DNA of 64,000 bases from Candidatus Binatia bacterium (GTDB taxonomy: Bacteria > Desulfobacterota > Binatia > UBA9968 > CAXXLF01): positions 1,088,001-1,152,000 of the forward strand of contig CAXXLF010000002.1 in assembly GCA_963664015.2 (NCBI GenBank), in the 5' to 3' direction. Positions 53,151 through 62,944 of this stretch are shown piece after piece (position 1 is the first letter of the stretch; every line of letters begins with the position of its first letter). The notes below the pieces were generated by a model. It had not been told where the DNA came from and did not search any database. It saw nothing but the letters and a program-made list of their open reading frames with translations. A program made the position numbers and the translations under genes.

Positions 53151-55472
53151 CTACTCTGTTCCGGGTTTCGATTGGGCCCGCTGAATGGCCGCCCAGAGCT
53201 TGGGCGCCGTATAGGGCATATCGATATCCCGTATCCCCAGCGGGGCCAGGGCGTCCAGGACCGCATTGGCAAGCGCGGCAGGTGCACCGTTGGTACCCGC
53301 CTCGCCAACTCCTTTGACTCCCAGCGGGTGAAAGGGATTGGGCGTCACCGTCTCACCGAGCAAGAGGGGCGGCATGTCGCTGGCCCGCAGCACCGGGTAA
53401 TTCATCAACGAACCGGTGAGGACCTCGCCGTCCTCACCAAAGATCATGTGCTCTCCGAGGACTTCACCAAGCCCCTGGGTCACACCGCCGTGGACCTGGC
53501 CTTCAACGATCATGGGGTTAATCAATACGCCGCAGTCATCGACAAGCACTAGCTTCTCGATTTTCAGTTCACCCGTCTCCCGATCAATCCGGACTACTGC
53601 TACATGAGCCCCGAACCCCCAGGCCTCACGCTTAGGGTCATAAAAGGCCGTTTCCTGAAGCCCCGACTCCATGCCCGCCGGGACCCTGCCGCTGTAGGCG
53701 GCACCGGCAATCTGACGCCACGAAAGATTTTTTTCCGGGACGCCCGCTACGGCGAAGCCTCCCTCGGTTTGAACGATATCACCAGGAGCCGCCTCCATGA
53801 TATGCCCCGCAATTAACTTGGCCTTTTCAACCACGCGTTCGACAGCAACGGTCATCGCGCCTCCACCCATAACCGCACTGCGGCTTCCGAATGTTCCTAC
53901 ACCTTGCTGCACTGCTAGTGTGTCCCCGTGTCGCACGGCTACCTGATCCATGGTAACTCCCAATTTCTCGGCCGCGACCTGGGCAAAGGCGGTTTCATGG
54001 CCCTGTCCATGGGCGCTCGAACCGGTAAGCACCGTGATGACTCCGCTCCGCTCCACTCGTACGGTCCCGCTCTCAAAGCCGGCGCCTCCACTGGGCTCGA
54101 CAAATGTCGAGATGCCAATCCCGATCAGTTCCCCCCGCTTTCTCGCCTCGCCTCGATAGCGAACGAGGCCTTTGTAGTCGGACAGTCGCAAGGCCTCGTC
54201 CAGGGACTTTTCATAATCACCCGAATCGTATTCCACATTCAGTCCCGTAAGGTAAGGGAACTGATCTGGCCGTATAAAGTTCTTGCGCCGGATCTCCAGG
54301 CGGTCAAGTCCCAATTCCACCGCCGCCATGTCGACCAGCCGTTCGATATTCTGGACCGACTCGGGCCTTCCGGCGCCCCGATAGGGTCCGGTGGGAACCG
54401 TATTCGTAAAAACAGCAACGACATCAACCTGGACGTTCTGAATTTGATAGCATCCGGGCGCCATGGCCATCATGCGCTGGGGCGGCCCCGCCGTGCTCGA
54501 GTGGAGATAGGCGCCGAGGTTGGCAACAACCCGCGTGCGCAAACCCAACATGGTGCCGTCCCGCTTGAGCGCGAGCTCCGAGGTCATGGCCTGGTCACGA
54601 CCCTGAATGGTCGTAACAAAGTCATCGCTGCGTGTGGCGATCCATTTGACCGGACGCCCTAACTGGAGGGCCAGGAAACAGACCAGCACATCCTCCCGGT
54701 AGAGTGGACCTTTACTGCCGAAGCCCCCTCCGACATCCGGCGCTATCATCCGGATCCTGTGTTCGGGGAACCCGAGGGCCTCCGCTAGGTCCGCACGCAC
54801 CCGGTGGGGCCCCTGGCACGAAGCCCATACGGTGAGTTCCTGACCCATGGCTTGCGGATTGGCCACAATCCCCCGCGGTTCGAGGGACATAGCAACGAGC
54901 CGAGGGCTCACGATGTGCATGCGACAGATATGGTCGGCCTCAGCGAAAGCCTTTTCTACATCGCCGCCCTTTTTGGTCACCGTGTAGCAGACGTTACTGT
55001 CCAGCTCCTCATGGGCCAGCGGCGCACCGGGCTTCAATGCCTCCTCGGCGTTCACGACCGCCGGCAGCGGGTCGTATTCCACCTCGATCGCACGCGCCGC
55101 ATCCTCCGCTAATGCACGGCTTTGAGCGACGACGGCTGCCACGGCAGTGCCCGCTGCGTGAACGGCTCCACGAGCCAGCACGGGGAATTTGGGCATCAGC
55201 ATGCCCCGCACCATAGGACGGGGCGGAATCCCCAGCTCACCGATGTCATCACCGGTCAAAACGGCTTCAACGCCCGGTAGATTCAGTGCGGTTGCCGTAT
55301 TAATCGAGGTGATCTTTGCGTGGGCGTATGGGCTACGCAGCAATGCCAGGTGAAGCATCCCAGGTAACTTGACATCGTCCACAAAACACCCGTGTCCCGT
55401 CAGCAGAACCGGATCTTCAACCCTTAAAACGGACGAACCGATCAAACCTCTATCATTGCTTTCCGATGTCAT
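53151..55472 (-). CDS. Xanthine dehydrogenase-family molybdopterin large subunit (CoxL form II-like)
   Basis: RVEDPVLLTG, DVGGGFGSKG, PYRGAGRPE, HGQGHET, GVKGVGE. Confidence 0.93.
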   Translation of the reverse strand: MTSESNDRGLIGSSVLRVEDPVLLTGHGCFVDDVKLPGMLHLALLRSPYAHAKITSINTATALNLPGVEAVLTGDDIGELGIPPRPMVRGMLMPKFPVLARGAVHAAGTAVAAVVAQSRALAEDAARAIEVEYDPLPAVVNAEEALKPGAPLAHEELDSNVCYTVTKKGGDVEKAFAEADHICRMHIVSPRLVAMSLEPRGIVANPQAMGQELTVWASCQGPHRVRADLAEALGFPEHRIRMIAPDVGGGFGSKGPLYREDVLVCFLALQLGRPVKWIATRSDDFVTTIQGRDQAMTSELALKRDGTMLGLRTRVVANLGAYLHSSTAGPPQRMMAMAPGCYQIQNVQVDVVAVFTNTVPTGPYRGAGRPESVQNIERLVDMAAVELGLDRLEIRRKNFIRPDQFPYLTGLNVEYDSGDYEKSLDEALRLSDYKGLVRYRGEARKRGELIGIGISTFVEPSGGAGFESGTVRVERSGVITVLTGSSAHGQGHETAFAQVAAEKLGVTMDQVAVRHGDTLAVQQGVGTFGSRSAVMGGGAMTVAVERVVEKAKLIAGHIMEAAPGDIVQTEGGFAVAGVPEKNLSWRQIAGAAYSGRVPAGMESGLQETAFYDPKREAWGFGAHVAVVRIDRETGELKIEKLVLVDDCGVLINPMIVEGQVHGGVTQGLGEVLGEHMIFGEDGEVLTGSLMNYPVLRASDMPPLLLGETVTPNPFHPLGVKGVGEAGTNGAPAALANAVLDALAPLGIRDIDMPYTAPKLWAAIQRAQSKPGTE

Positions 55473-55556
55473 TTCAATTCCTCAAGTTTTCATCTACCAC
55501 CAACACTTGATTCCGATTTCCTGAGACTTGTTCATTCAAAAAAGATCATCGACACC

Positions 55557-55716
55557 CTGACTTCTGACCGCTGATCTCCAACCTCTGGCTTTTTGCTCTT
55601 TGCCCTATGCTCTTCGCCGTCTTCTTGCCTCTTATCATTTGCCTCTTTACTTTCGACTCCCCCGTTCCTCCATCCTCGATCTTCTATCCTCGTTTTAACT
55701 TTTTACCTTTTCCTTC
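55557..55716. repeat. Consecutive blocks of degenerate 7-nt tandem repeats
   Basis: CTGACTT CTGACCG CTGATCT CCAACCT CTGGCTT / TTTGCTC TTTGCCC TATGCTC TTCGCCG / CTTGCCT CTTATCA TTTGCCT / TCCATCC TCGATCT TCTATCC / TTTTAAC TTTTTAC CTTTTCC. Confidence 0.7.
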
Positions 55717-55718
55717 TG

Positions 55719-56576
55719 TCACCCGATTGCCTTCTCAATCGCCCGCCGCACAAGGACCGAGGCCATTTTCCGCTTGTAATCGGCGCTGGCGTACACATCC
55801 CCGTCAGGATCGGACCCTTCGGCGGCTTTGGCTGCAGCAGCCGCGATCACCTCTGAAGCGAGGGTTTGTCTTTGCAGTGCGGCTTCCGTACCGGTGGCCC
55901 GAATGGGCCCGCTTCCCAAACCACCAACTACAACCCGGGCCAATTCGCAAACACCCGACGGCTGGCGTGTTATCACTACTCCCGCACTTACGACCACATA
56001 TCCGGTTGCCGGGTTTCCCAGCTTAACGTAGGCCGAGCCGGAACCGGAAGGCGGTAACGGTACACGAATCTCCGTTAGTATCTCGTTGGAGGCGAGTGCC
56101 GTGGTGTAGTAATCAACAAAGAAGTCTTGGCTCAAAACTTCGCGGCGGCCTGAGCGCGATACCAGTACGAATGATGCGTCGAGGGCGGCCAGAATAACGG
56201 GAAAGTCCGCGCCGGGATCCGCATGGGCCACGCTACCGCCAATGGTCCCGCGATTTCGCACCTGCATGTCCCCGATAAGCAAGGCTGCATCAGCGAGTGC
56301 CGGTATGTATTTACGAACGATTTCAGAGGCGGCCACATCGCTATGCAGCGTAAGCGCGCCAATGGCGAGAGTATTGCTATCGATCCTCGCTCCGCGCAGG
56401 CCTGAGATCTGACCCACGTCGATCAAGATGCGAGGTGAAGCCAATCTCAGCTTCATGGCCGGGATCAAGCTGTGACCGCCGGCCAGCAACTTGGCGTCCT
56501 CCCCATGCTGGGTAAGTAGATCTAGAGCCTCGTCGATGGAACGCGCAGCGTAATATCCAAAGCTAACTGGAAACAT
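55719..56576 (-). CDS. FAD-binding medium subunit (CoxM-like)
   Basis: [33 protein letters not shown]. Confidence 0.95.
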   Translation of the reverse strand: MFPVSFGYYAARSIDEALDLLTQHGEDAKLLAGGHSLIPAMKLRLASPRILIDVGQISGLRGARIDSNTLAIGALTLHSDVAASEIVRKYIPALADAALLIGDMQVRNRGTIGGSVAHADPGADFPVILAALDASFVLVSRSGRREVLSQDFFVDYYTTALASNEILTEIRVPLPPSGSGSAYVKLGNPATGYVVVSAGVVITRQPSGVCELARVVVGGLGSGPIRATGTEAALQRQTLASEVIAAAAAKAAEGSDPDGDVYASADYKRKMASVLVRRAIEKAIG

Positions 56577-57069
56577 GCTGGCTCCTCATCTTCTCTGCGG
56601 CCAACCGGATTGCCTCGACGATATTGACGTAACCGGTACAACGGCAGAGGTTCCCATCCAGTGCATGTCGGATTTCCTCTTCCGTTGGATTCGGATTGGT
56701 CTCGAGCAGATACTGGGCGACCATGACGACCCCAGGAGTACAGTAACCGCACTGAAGACCGTGCTTCTCGCGGAAGCTTTCCTGAAGCGGATTGAGCGTT
56801 TTTGCCGGTGCGAGGCCCTCGATAGTCGTCACCTCAGCCCCGTTGGCCTGGACTGCCAGGACAGTGCACGATTTGACCGCGCGGCCGTTCAGGTTAATCG
56901 TACAGGCACCGCATTGACTGGTATCGCATCCCACATGGGTACCTGTCAGGCCTAGATCCTCGCGCAGAAAATAAACCAGCAGAGTGCGCGGTTCGACCAC
57001 CGCGTCGTGTTTGACCCCATTGACGGTCACGTTTATGGAAACAGCCAGACTTTCAGCTTGTGCAGCCAT
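56563..57069 (-). CDS. 2Fe-2S small subunit (CoxS-like)
   Basis: [28 protein letters not shown]. Confidence 0.96.
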   Translation of the reverse strand: MAAQAESLAVSINVTVNGVKHDAVVEPRTLLVYFLREDLGLTGTHVGCDTSQCGACTINLNGRAVKSCTVLAVQANGAEVTTIEGLAPAKTLNPLQESFREKHGLQCGYCTPGVVMVAQYLLETNPNPTEEEIRHALDGNLCRCTGYVNIVEAIRLAAEKMRSQHVSS

Positions 57070-57231
57070 CCTCGTCCTTCCTCCGGTATCAGTTATTCAG
57101 CCCAAATCTACGGCTCTATCTTTTTACACAGAGTTGGGGCGCTTCTCAATACCCGCGCTCAGGGACCGAAGAAACGGTTGACAGCGCTTCCCGCGCGCCC
57201 TACACTCCCGCACGATCAAGGAGGTGGTCCC

Positions 57232-57615
57232 ATGGCCAAGATCCGGCACCTTGCATACCGAGTGGCAGATGTTGAAAAGATGGCGGAAGTCTTTGTTAGC
57301 ACTCTAGACATGACCCTGACCTAGAGACGGAAGAACGGCGCCATTGACCTTTCCGACGGTTCAATCAATATCACCCTGCTACCCAAGCAGAAACCCGGCC
57401 CCAACGGAGAACCGGCTCATCAGGGAATCGACTATATTGGTTTCACCGTCGAGAATGATGATGATGCGGCACGCCGTATGGAAAAGGCGGGGGTAAAAGA
57501 GGCAGGGCTAATCGATCTAGGTGGCGCGGCCTATTTCGAGGCAAAGGACAAGGGCCCCGAAGACATCATCGTCGACATCGGCCACTGGATCGGAACAGAA
57601 CCTATCGAAAAGTAA
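57232..57615 (+). pseudogene. VOC/glyoxalase protein with one in-frame TAG
   Basis: MAKIRHLA...LT*RRKNGAIDLSDGSINITLLP...GIDYIGF; TAG 57322-57324. Promoter TTGACA-N17-TACACT and RBS AGGAGG are intact. Confidence 0.85.
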
Positions 57616-57660
57616 GCCGTCCCCGTTCCAACGACCGCATAATAGTGAAAATCGACCAGA

Positions 57661-58527
57661 TCAGGACACCCGTGCGATCGTACCAGCGCCCGATACCGGT
57701 CGAGGGGTTTTAAAGAGCTCGTTCAAACACCAACTGGCGACCTCACCCCCGGTAGCGAACCACACCCCTTCTGCCCGTTTCATGTGCTCGATAATACGCT
57801 GCAAGGTACTCGCCCTCCCCGGCCTTCCGGATATATAAGGATGGAACTGAAACGGGCAAAACATGGGCTGCCGTTTGGATTCTTCATAGAGCTCGTCAAA
57901 GAGCCCCTTCCAGATCACCAGCGTATCCTCCGGATTACCTGAATCCCTCTGTCCGTAACTGCGGCCGTCACCGAACGGCTGGCGCGGGAGTTCTACCAGG
58001 CGGCGCGGGCCGTCTTCCCACAGGAAGGGCAGGTCATGGGAAAAGGAGTTGCTATTCCAAAGGTAGCCATGCTTCATGAGGAGCTCCAGGCTGTTGGGGC
58101 TTTGCGTGCACGAACGCCAGCCCACGGGCCGTCCCCCCGAGTTGCGTTGGATGATGTCCGTCGTGCGCCGCATCACCTCTGTCTCCTCTTCTTCAGTCAG
58201 ATCACGCGCAACCTCGTGATGGTACCCGTGCCCGGCGACTTCATGGCCCTTCGCAACGATCGTCCTGACGGCTTCAGGATACCTCTCGGCGATCCCTCCG
58301 CAGGTTAAAAACGTTGCCTTTACCCCTTGCTCTTCAAGGATTCGAACGATCCTCCAGACCGCAGTGTTCGGTCCATACTCAGCCTGGGTGTACTCCTCGT
58401 GGTTGATCTTTCCATTGGCGAGGGGCTTAACATCTTCCCCTCCCTGAAAATCAAAGGTCAAGGCGACGGCAATCCGGGCATCGGACGGCCAGGAAAACCG
58501 GGCCTCAAGATGACGTTCCTTTAACAT
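57661..58527 (-). CDS. Polysaccharide deacetylase family (PuuE-like) protein
   Basis: LTFDF, EYG, HEVAGHGYHH, PVGWR, FHPYISGRP. Confidence 0.9.
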   Translation of the reverse strand: MLKERHLEARFSWPSDARIAVALTFDFQGGEDVKPLANGKINHEEYTQAEYGPNTAVWRIVRILEEQGVKATFLTCGGIAERYPEAVRTIVAKGHEVAGHGYHHEVARDLTEEEETEVMRRTTDIIQRNSGGRPVGWRSCTQSPNSLELLMKHGYLWNSNSFSHDLPFLWEDGPRRLVELPRQPFGDGRSYGQRDSGNPEDTLVIWKGLFDELYEESKRQPMFCPFQFHPYISGRPGRASTLQRIIEHMKRAEGVWFATGGEVASWCLNELFKTPRPVSGAGTIARVS

Positions 58528-58574
58528 TGCCTAGTCCTCCGAAATCTCAGCGACCCAACCGAAGAAAGATAAAG

Positions 58575-59048
58575 CTACCCTTTCCATTCGTAGTTAAGAG
58601 CAGCAAAGTCGATGGTCATCTTTCCGCCCGCTTTTGACGACCGCGGTAGCTTGTCGGCGTCTTTCAGTCCCTCCGGGCAGTACAACTCCATGAGGTTCCC
58701 CGATGGATCACGGAAGTACATGAGAGCCTCGATTCCATGCCGGGTCCAGGGTTCATGGATTGGAACTCGGTGGGCCTTGAGGTTTTCTATAAACGGATAA
58801 AAGCTCTCCGGGTCCATGGTAAAGGCATTGTGGGGATACTCGGCATCGCGTCCCGTCCAGCCCTCCTCACGTTCCGCCAGACCTACGGTGGCCCCCCCCA
58901 GCGTGACTTCGGCAAAGCCCTTAGCCAGGTCTCGGACATTCTCTCCCCCCAGGACCTCCACATAGAAGCGTTTCGACTGCTCCAGATCCCGCACCGGAAT
59001 ACTCGTATGGTTGAAGTTTCCCAACTTCGGCTTGGTAGCACTGGACAT
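58575..59048 (-). CDS. VOC/glyoxalase family protein
   Basis: NHTSIPVRDL..S.RFY, YPHNAF, YFRDPSGNLMEL; start MSSATK after AGGGAGG. Confidence 0.9.
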   Translation of the reverse strand: MSSATKPKLGNFNHTSIPVRDLEQSKRFYVEVLGGENVRDLAKGFAEVTLGGATVGLAEREEGWTGRDAEYPHNAFTMDPESFYPFIENLKAHRVPIHEPWTRHGIEALMYFRDPSGNLMELYCPEGLKDADKLPRSSKAGGKMTIDFAALNYEWKG

Positions 59049-59100
59049 GATCGTATCCTCCCTTTGCTTGATTTTAATCCGATTTGTCAAGAACGCAACG

Positions 59101-59523
59101 CTAGCGAACCAATGCGGGTTCGGTGGTCGCCTTTGATTCCCGCACCAAGGGTTCCGTTCGCCACCCGGCTTCAGAGAGATCAACGCGTACACCAATGGGA
59201 TCCCGGATGAACGCCTCGGCAAACCGGCCATCGCGCGGCGTACCCTCAGGCCCTTGAGTCGCGCCTGCTTCGACAGCCAATTTCGCCGTCTCTTCCTTGC
59301 TGTCTACTTGAAAGCCGAAATGGTCAAGCCCCTCGGGACGGCCCTCTCGAGCTGGTAAAATTGCCAGGTTCAGCTACCCATCGGAAAGGTACACCGCTTC
59401 TCGATCCTTCGTGCTGGCACTGGGGGGGCGAAACACGATCTTCATGCCGAAGATTTGGGTATAGAATTCCACCATCTTTGCCTGGTCTTTGGCAAAGAGT
59501 GCAATGTGGCGAATCTTGGCCAT
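59101..59523 (-). pseudogene. VOC/glyoxalase protein with one in-frame TAG (absent from the ORF track)
   Basis: MAKIRHIA...VYLSDG*LNLAILP...GLDHFGFQV...FAEAFIRDPIGVRVDLSEAGW; TAG 59374-59376. Confidence 0.85.
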
Positions 59524-59690
59524 AATCTGCCTCCTTTCAAATTGGCCCCCTAGACATCCAGTCTGGGGGGAGATGAGGAATCCAACAATGTGACCCTAAG
59601 TTGTGCAGTCTGAGTTGTTCGAGCCGGGAGCGGCCCCAAAGTAAGGCAGATCCATGGATGTGTCAAGGGGAAGATGGTTCAAGTACTAGT

Positions 59691-60262
59691 CTAAATTTTG
59701 AGAGGTTGCTTTACCGTGGCACGGTAACTCCGGTAGGTCCCCCAAGTGAGCTGGACCAGTCCGTTCAACTCCGTGACATAGGCCTCGTAACGTTTTTTGT
59801 CGATCAGCTCCGGGGGTGCAGTTCGAGGCGGTCTTCATCCGTATTGAGGAAGAAGTGCTGGGAGAGAAATGTGTTCAGTTTCACGAGGGTGCGCAGAAGC
59901 CGGTCGAATGCCTGTCCCACCTCGTTGTCGAGAAACTGATTCCCCTGCCGATTAAACTCCTCGTAGAGTCTGGGTATCTGGGCGGCGTCCTTGCTTGGAC
60001 ACATTCGCTGCGCCAGATACTGATCCAGGAAGGACTCTAGAAATCCGTAGGAAATATATTCCTCCGACTTATTGAAGAACGCGGCATCGTGCTCAACGGA
60101 TCTCTCATCGGATAGCCATCGGCCAAGGGGCCTGCGGAAGAGGAAACAGACGATAAAAAAGCCGAAGAAGAAAAGCACCACGGCTCGCCAGAGGGCAACC
60201 GAATCCCAATAGGTCTGCAAGTCAGGGGCAAACTGATTCCAGATGTTATTTAAAATCTCCAT
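59691..60262 (-). pseudogene. Hypothetical single-TM protein with a +1 homopolymer frameshift
   Basis: Removing one base from the G5 run at 59812-59816 extends LELHP into ELIDKKRYEAYVTELNGLV...VKQPLKI*. Confidence 0.65.
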
Positions 60263-60383
60263 CTCGCAACTAAAATGTTGCCAAGAACCGAATTTTAAAG
60301 AAAGAAAAGGCTGGAAAAGATTTTGCAGCAACCATCCGAAAGACGATTATTTTTTTCTCTTGAGCCATGCTAGGTTGGAAAGT

Positions 60384-61547
60384 ATGGGAACGTATACACC
60401 TCCCTGCCCCCACTTCCCCAACTGTTTCGGCTGTTCTTTGATCGACCGGCCCTACCCCGTGCAATTACAGAGCAAACGGGACCGCCTCGTTAAAGCCCTG
60501 GCCGCCTATCCGGACCTGGCGCGTCTCGAGGTTCCCGCCGTCGTTGGCTCGCCCCGGCGTTTGGGTTACCGGGGAAGAGTCAAGCTCGCAGTCAGCCGGG
60601 CCAAAAGGGAAATCGTGACAGGTCTATATTTCCCCCAGAGCCATAGGGTCGTCGACATCTCTTCCTGCCCGGTCCACCCGAAACCGGTGAACCAGGCGGT
60701 TCAGGAATTGAAACGGCAGATGCCTCGGTTGGGAATCGAACCCTATAACGAAAGTGACGATAGCGGCCAGCTTCGCTATCTGGACTTCCGTTACAGCTTT
60801 TCACGGCGCGAGCTTGGAGTCACGTTAGTAACTCGCCACCCTGCCTTTCCTCAGGGGCCCGAGTTGAGCCGGGCACTGAGGCGGCGGTTTGCTTTCATCA
60901 ACGGAGTCATCCAGAACATCAACGAGGAACGTGGCAATGTTATTTGGGGAAAAGAATTTCGCTCCCTGGCGGGCCGGGATTCGATTTTGGAACAGATCGG
61001 ATTTTTAAAACTCAGGTTCCCCGCCGGCGTTTTTTCACAGGCAAATCCGCCCGTGGCCCGGCGACTCTATGAAGCGGTTGTCCAACTCGCGGGACTGACA
61101 GGGGAAGAGAGAGTCCTGGATCTTTACTGCGGGGTTGGGCCCCTTTCGCTCTATCTGGCGACGGCTGCGGCAACCGTCTGGGGCATTGATGAGTATTCCC
61201 TTTCCATTTCTACGGCCAAACAAAACGCACGCATGAACGGTTTTCACAACTGCCGGTTTTTTGTCGGGGATGCAGCAGAAAAGATCGCGGAGCTCAAAGA
61301 CAACCTGTCCGGGATCGACCTGCTCGTTTGCAACCCGCCGCGTAAAGGCATCCAATCCCAGGCCCTACAAGCCGTGCTCGCTGCCGGCGCGCCCAGGATC
61401 ATCTACGTCTCATGCGAACCCGTAACGTTGGCACGGGATCTGGATCGTTTTTCACAGGACGGGTACCGAACCACGACAATTCAGCCTTTCGACATGTTTC
61501 CACAGACCGAGGAGGTCGAGACGGTCGTGCTTTTAGAAAAACTCTAA
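60384..61547 (+). CDS. rlmD: 23S rRNA (uracil-5)-methyltransferase, RlmD family, lacking a TRAM domain
   Basis: CPHFPNCFGC, FSQAN, LDLYCGVG, NPPRKG, YVSCEPVTLARD, DMFPQT. Confidence 0.9.
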   Translation: MGTYTPPCPHFPNCFGCSLIDRPYPVQLQSKRDRLVKALAAYPDLARLEVPAVVGSPRRLGYRGRVKLAVSRAKREIVTGLYFPQSHRVVDISSCPVHPKPVNQAVQELKRQMPRLGIEPYNESDDSGQLRYLDFRYSFSRRELGVTLVTRHPAFPQGPELSRALRRRFAFINGVIQNINEERGNVIWGKEFRSLAGRDSILEQIGFLKLRFPAGVFSQANPPVARRLYEAVVQLAGLTGEERVLDLYCGVGPLSLYLATAAATVWGIDEYSLSISTAKQNARMNGFHNCRFFVGDAAEKIAELKDNLSGIDLLVCNPPRKGIQSQALQAVLAAGAPRIIYVSCEPVTLARDLDRFSQDGYRTTTIQPFDMFPQTEEVETVVLLEKL

Positions 61548-61830
61548 AGCTGCACCTGCTCCGAACTCTCCCTACAGAACTAGGCACCATCGGTCCCGTC
61601 ATTCAGCAATCCTTCGTCTTCAACCCCAGGGTCTCCTCATAGACACTTTCCTGCGTGTCGCCCCGCTAGCTGATACTTCAAAACCCCGGCATGGAGCTTG
61701 CGTACTCTTCCCATCAATCGATGATGAACCGGTGTTGTGAGATGGCAGAGTAAAGTCTATTTAGGAACAATACCGAAGGATTCATGATTATTAAGAGCAC
61801 TCCACCCTACGCAGGGACCGAGGCTTTCAT

Positions 61831-62386
61831 ATGAACGGGCTTTTGGTCATAGCGAAGATTTTTCTCTTAGTGTCCTTAAATTGGTTATGTGTGGCTGGTA
61901 GCCACTGCCTTTAAAAGGAGGGTAGGGTCAGGGTGTGGCATTCTACTATTCTCACCTATTTCAGCGGTGATCTTTGGCCTCAAATATTGGCACCACGTTA
62001 AAAAGCCATTTCATATCTATATGAGCTCGTTCACTGTCGCCTTCGGAATCGCCTTTATCGTTTTTACCTCCTACGGCGCTTTGGAAATGCTTGGTGCCGG
62101 GAAACAAATCGCCATGGGCATCTCTCAGGGGAATCTATCCGAAGAAGATGCCATGAAGTTTATGAACAAGGGCATAGATGTCACAGAGAACGCGTCTTCA
62201 GATCCAGAAGAAAAGAAGAAAGCGGCCCTGATGCGCCGGATGATGGTAGTGATGAAATCCAAGGAATCCCAAACCTCCCTTTCGTGCAAGCTCCCTCGAA
62301 ACAACAGTTCTCTATTTCATCACCCTTCCCAGTTAGTTGACGATCTCGGTGCGTGTTTCCACCCACTCTTCCTTAATAATTCATAG
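61831..62386 (+). pseudogene. Hypothetical membrane protein, probable 5' frameshift
   Basis: ATG 61831 (MNGLLVIAKIFLLVSL) joins IGYVWLVATAFKR only through a frameshift near 61878; the 3' end looks non-homogeneous. Confidence 0.5.
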
Positions 62387-62441
62387 GAAAATCCGGGGGT
62401 GAGTCAAGGGGAGTGAAGTTAGAAGAAGGAAGGAAAAGGGA

Positions 62442-62462
62442 AGCGGCCCGAGACGGGCCGCT
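62442..62462 (-). terminator. Intrinsic terminator-like hairpin
   Basis: AGCGGCCCG-aga-CGGGCCGCT followed by a pyrimidine tract on the minus strand. Confidence 0.65.
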
Positions 62463-62481
62463 CGATGACAAAGGATCTTGA

Positions 62482-62871
62482 TCAGGCCTGCCCCATAGGC
62501 ACGCCGTCGAGATCCATACTAGGCCCGGTAGAGTAAAGCTCGTCGAACACTTCTTCCGGTTCGGCCGGTTTTACTTTAATCTGGTCTTTATCGATATGGA
62601 CGCGAAACGAGATGAGCGGCCTTAGCGCCTCTAGCCCCAGGTAAGTCCTCGCCGGCAGATAGAAGGCGGAGGCATCTGAAGAACAGGTACTCAACGTTCC
62701 CCGGAACTCGCACTCGGACAGTGCGTTGCCGCAGCCGGTACAGTGCCCCTCGACAGCAAAGTATGCCCCCCAGGAGTTGAAAACCGCAATTAAAACCCCG
62801 TTGTGGCGAAAGAGTTTTCCTTTTCCCGGTTCAATCTCACCCACATCGGCAATCTTTATGAAATCCTCCAT
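62482..62871 (-). CDS. Rieske-fold ferredoxin/NirD-like protein with non-canonical ligands
   Basis: FIKIADVGEIEPGKGK...IAVFN..G.YFAVEGHCTGC...TCSSD...F; start MEDFIK after GAGAGGAG. Confidence 0.75.
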   Translation of the reverse strand: MEDFIKIADVGEIEPGKGKLFRHNGVLIAVFNSWGAYFAVEGHCTGCGNALSECEFRGTLSTCSSDASAFYLPARTYLGLEALRPLISFRVHIDKDQIKVKPAEPEEVFDELYSTGPSMDLDGVPMGQA

Positions 62872-62905
62872 CTTGACTCCTCTCTTATTGTCCTGAAAAC
62901 CCAAC

Positions 62906-62944
62906 AAAAAAGCGCCGCCATCTTCCGATGGGAGCGCCTTGCTC
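62906..62944 (-). promoter_or_regulatory. Leader terminator/attenuator with an overlapping ANTAR-like hairpin
   Basis: Minus strand GAGC-AAGGC-GCTC overlaps the 5' arm of GCGCTCCCATC-GGAA-GATGGCGGCGC-TTTTTT, about 35 nt before the start codon. Confidence 0.55.

Noticed and set aside
27601-55716. Short repeat tracts as CRISPR arrays
   Set aside because: No constant 25-40 bp repeat with unique spacers and no cas genes.
23097-59376. Genome-wide TAG reassignment
   Set aside because: Internal TAGs fall at positions expected to be different residues (Trp, Glu, probably Tyr/Gln/Leu), co-occur with TAA/TGA and frameshifts, and many intact genes end in TAG.
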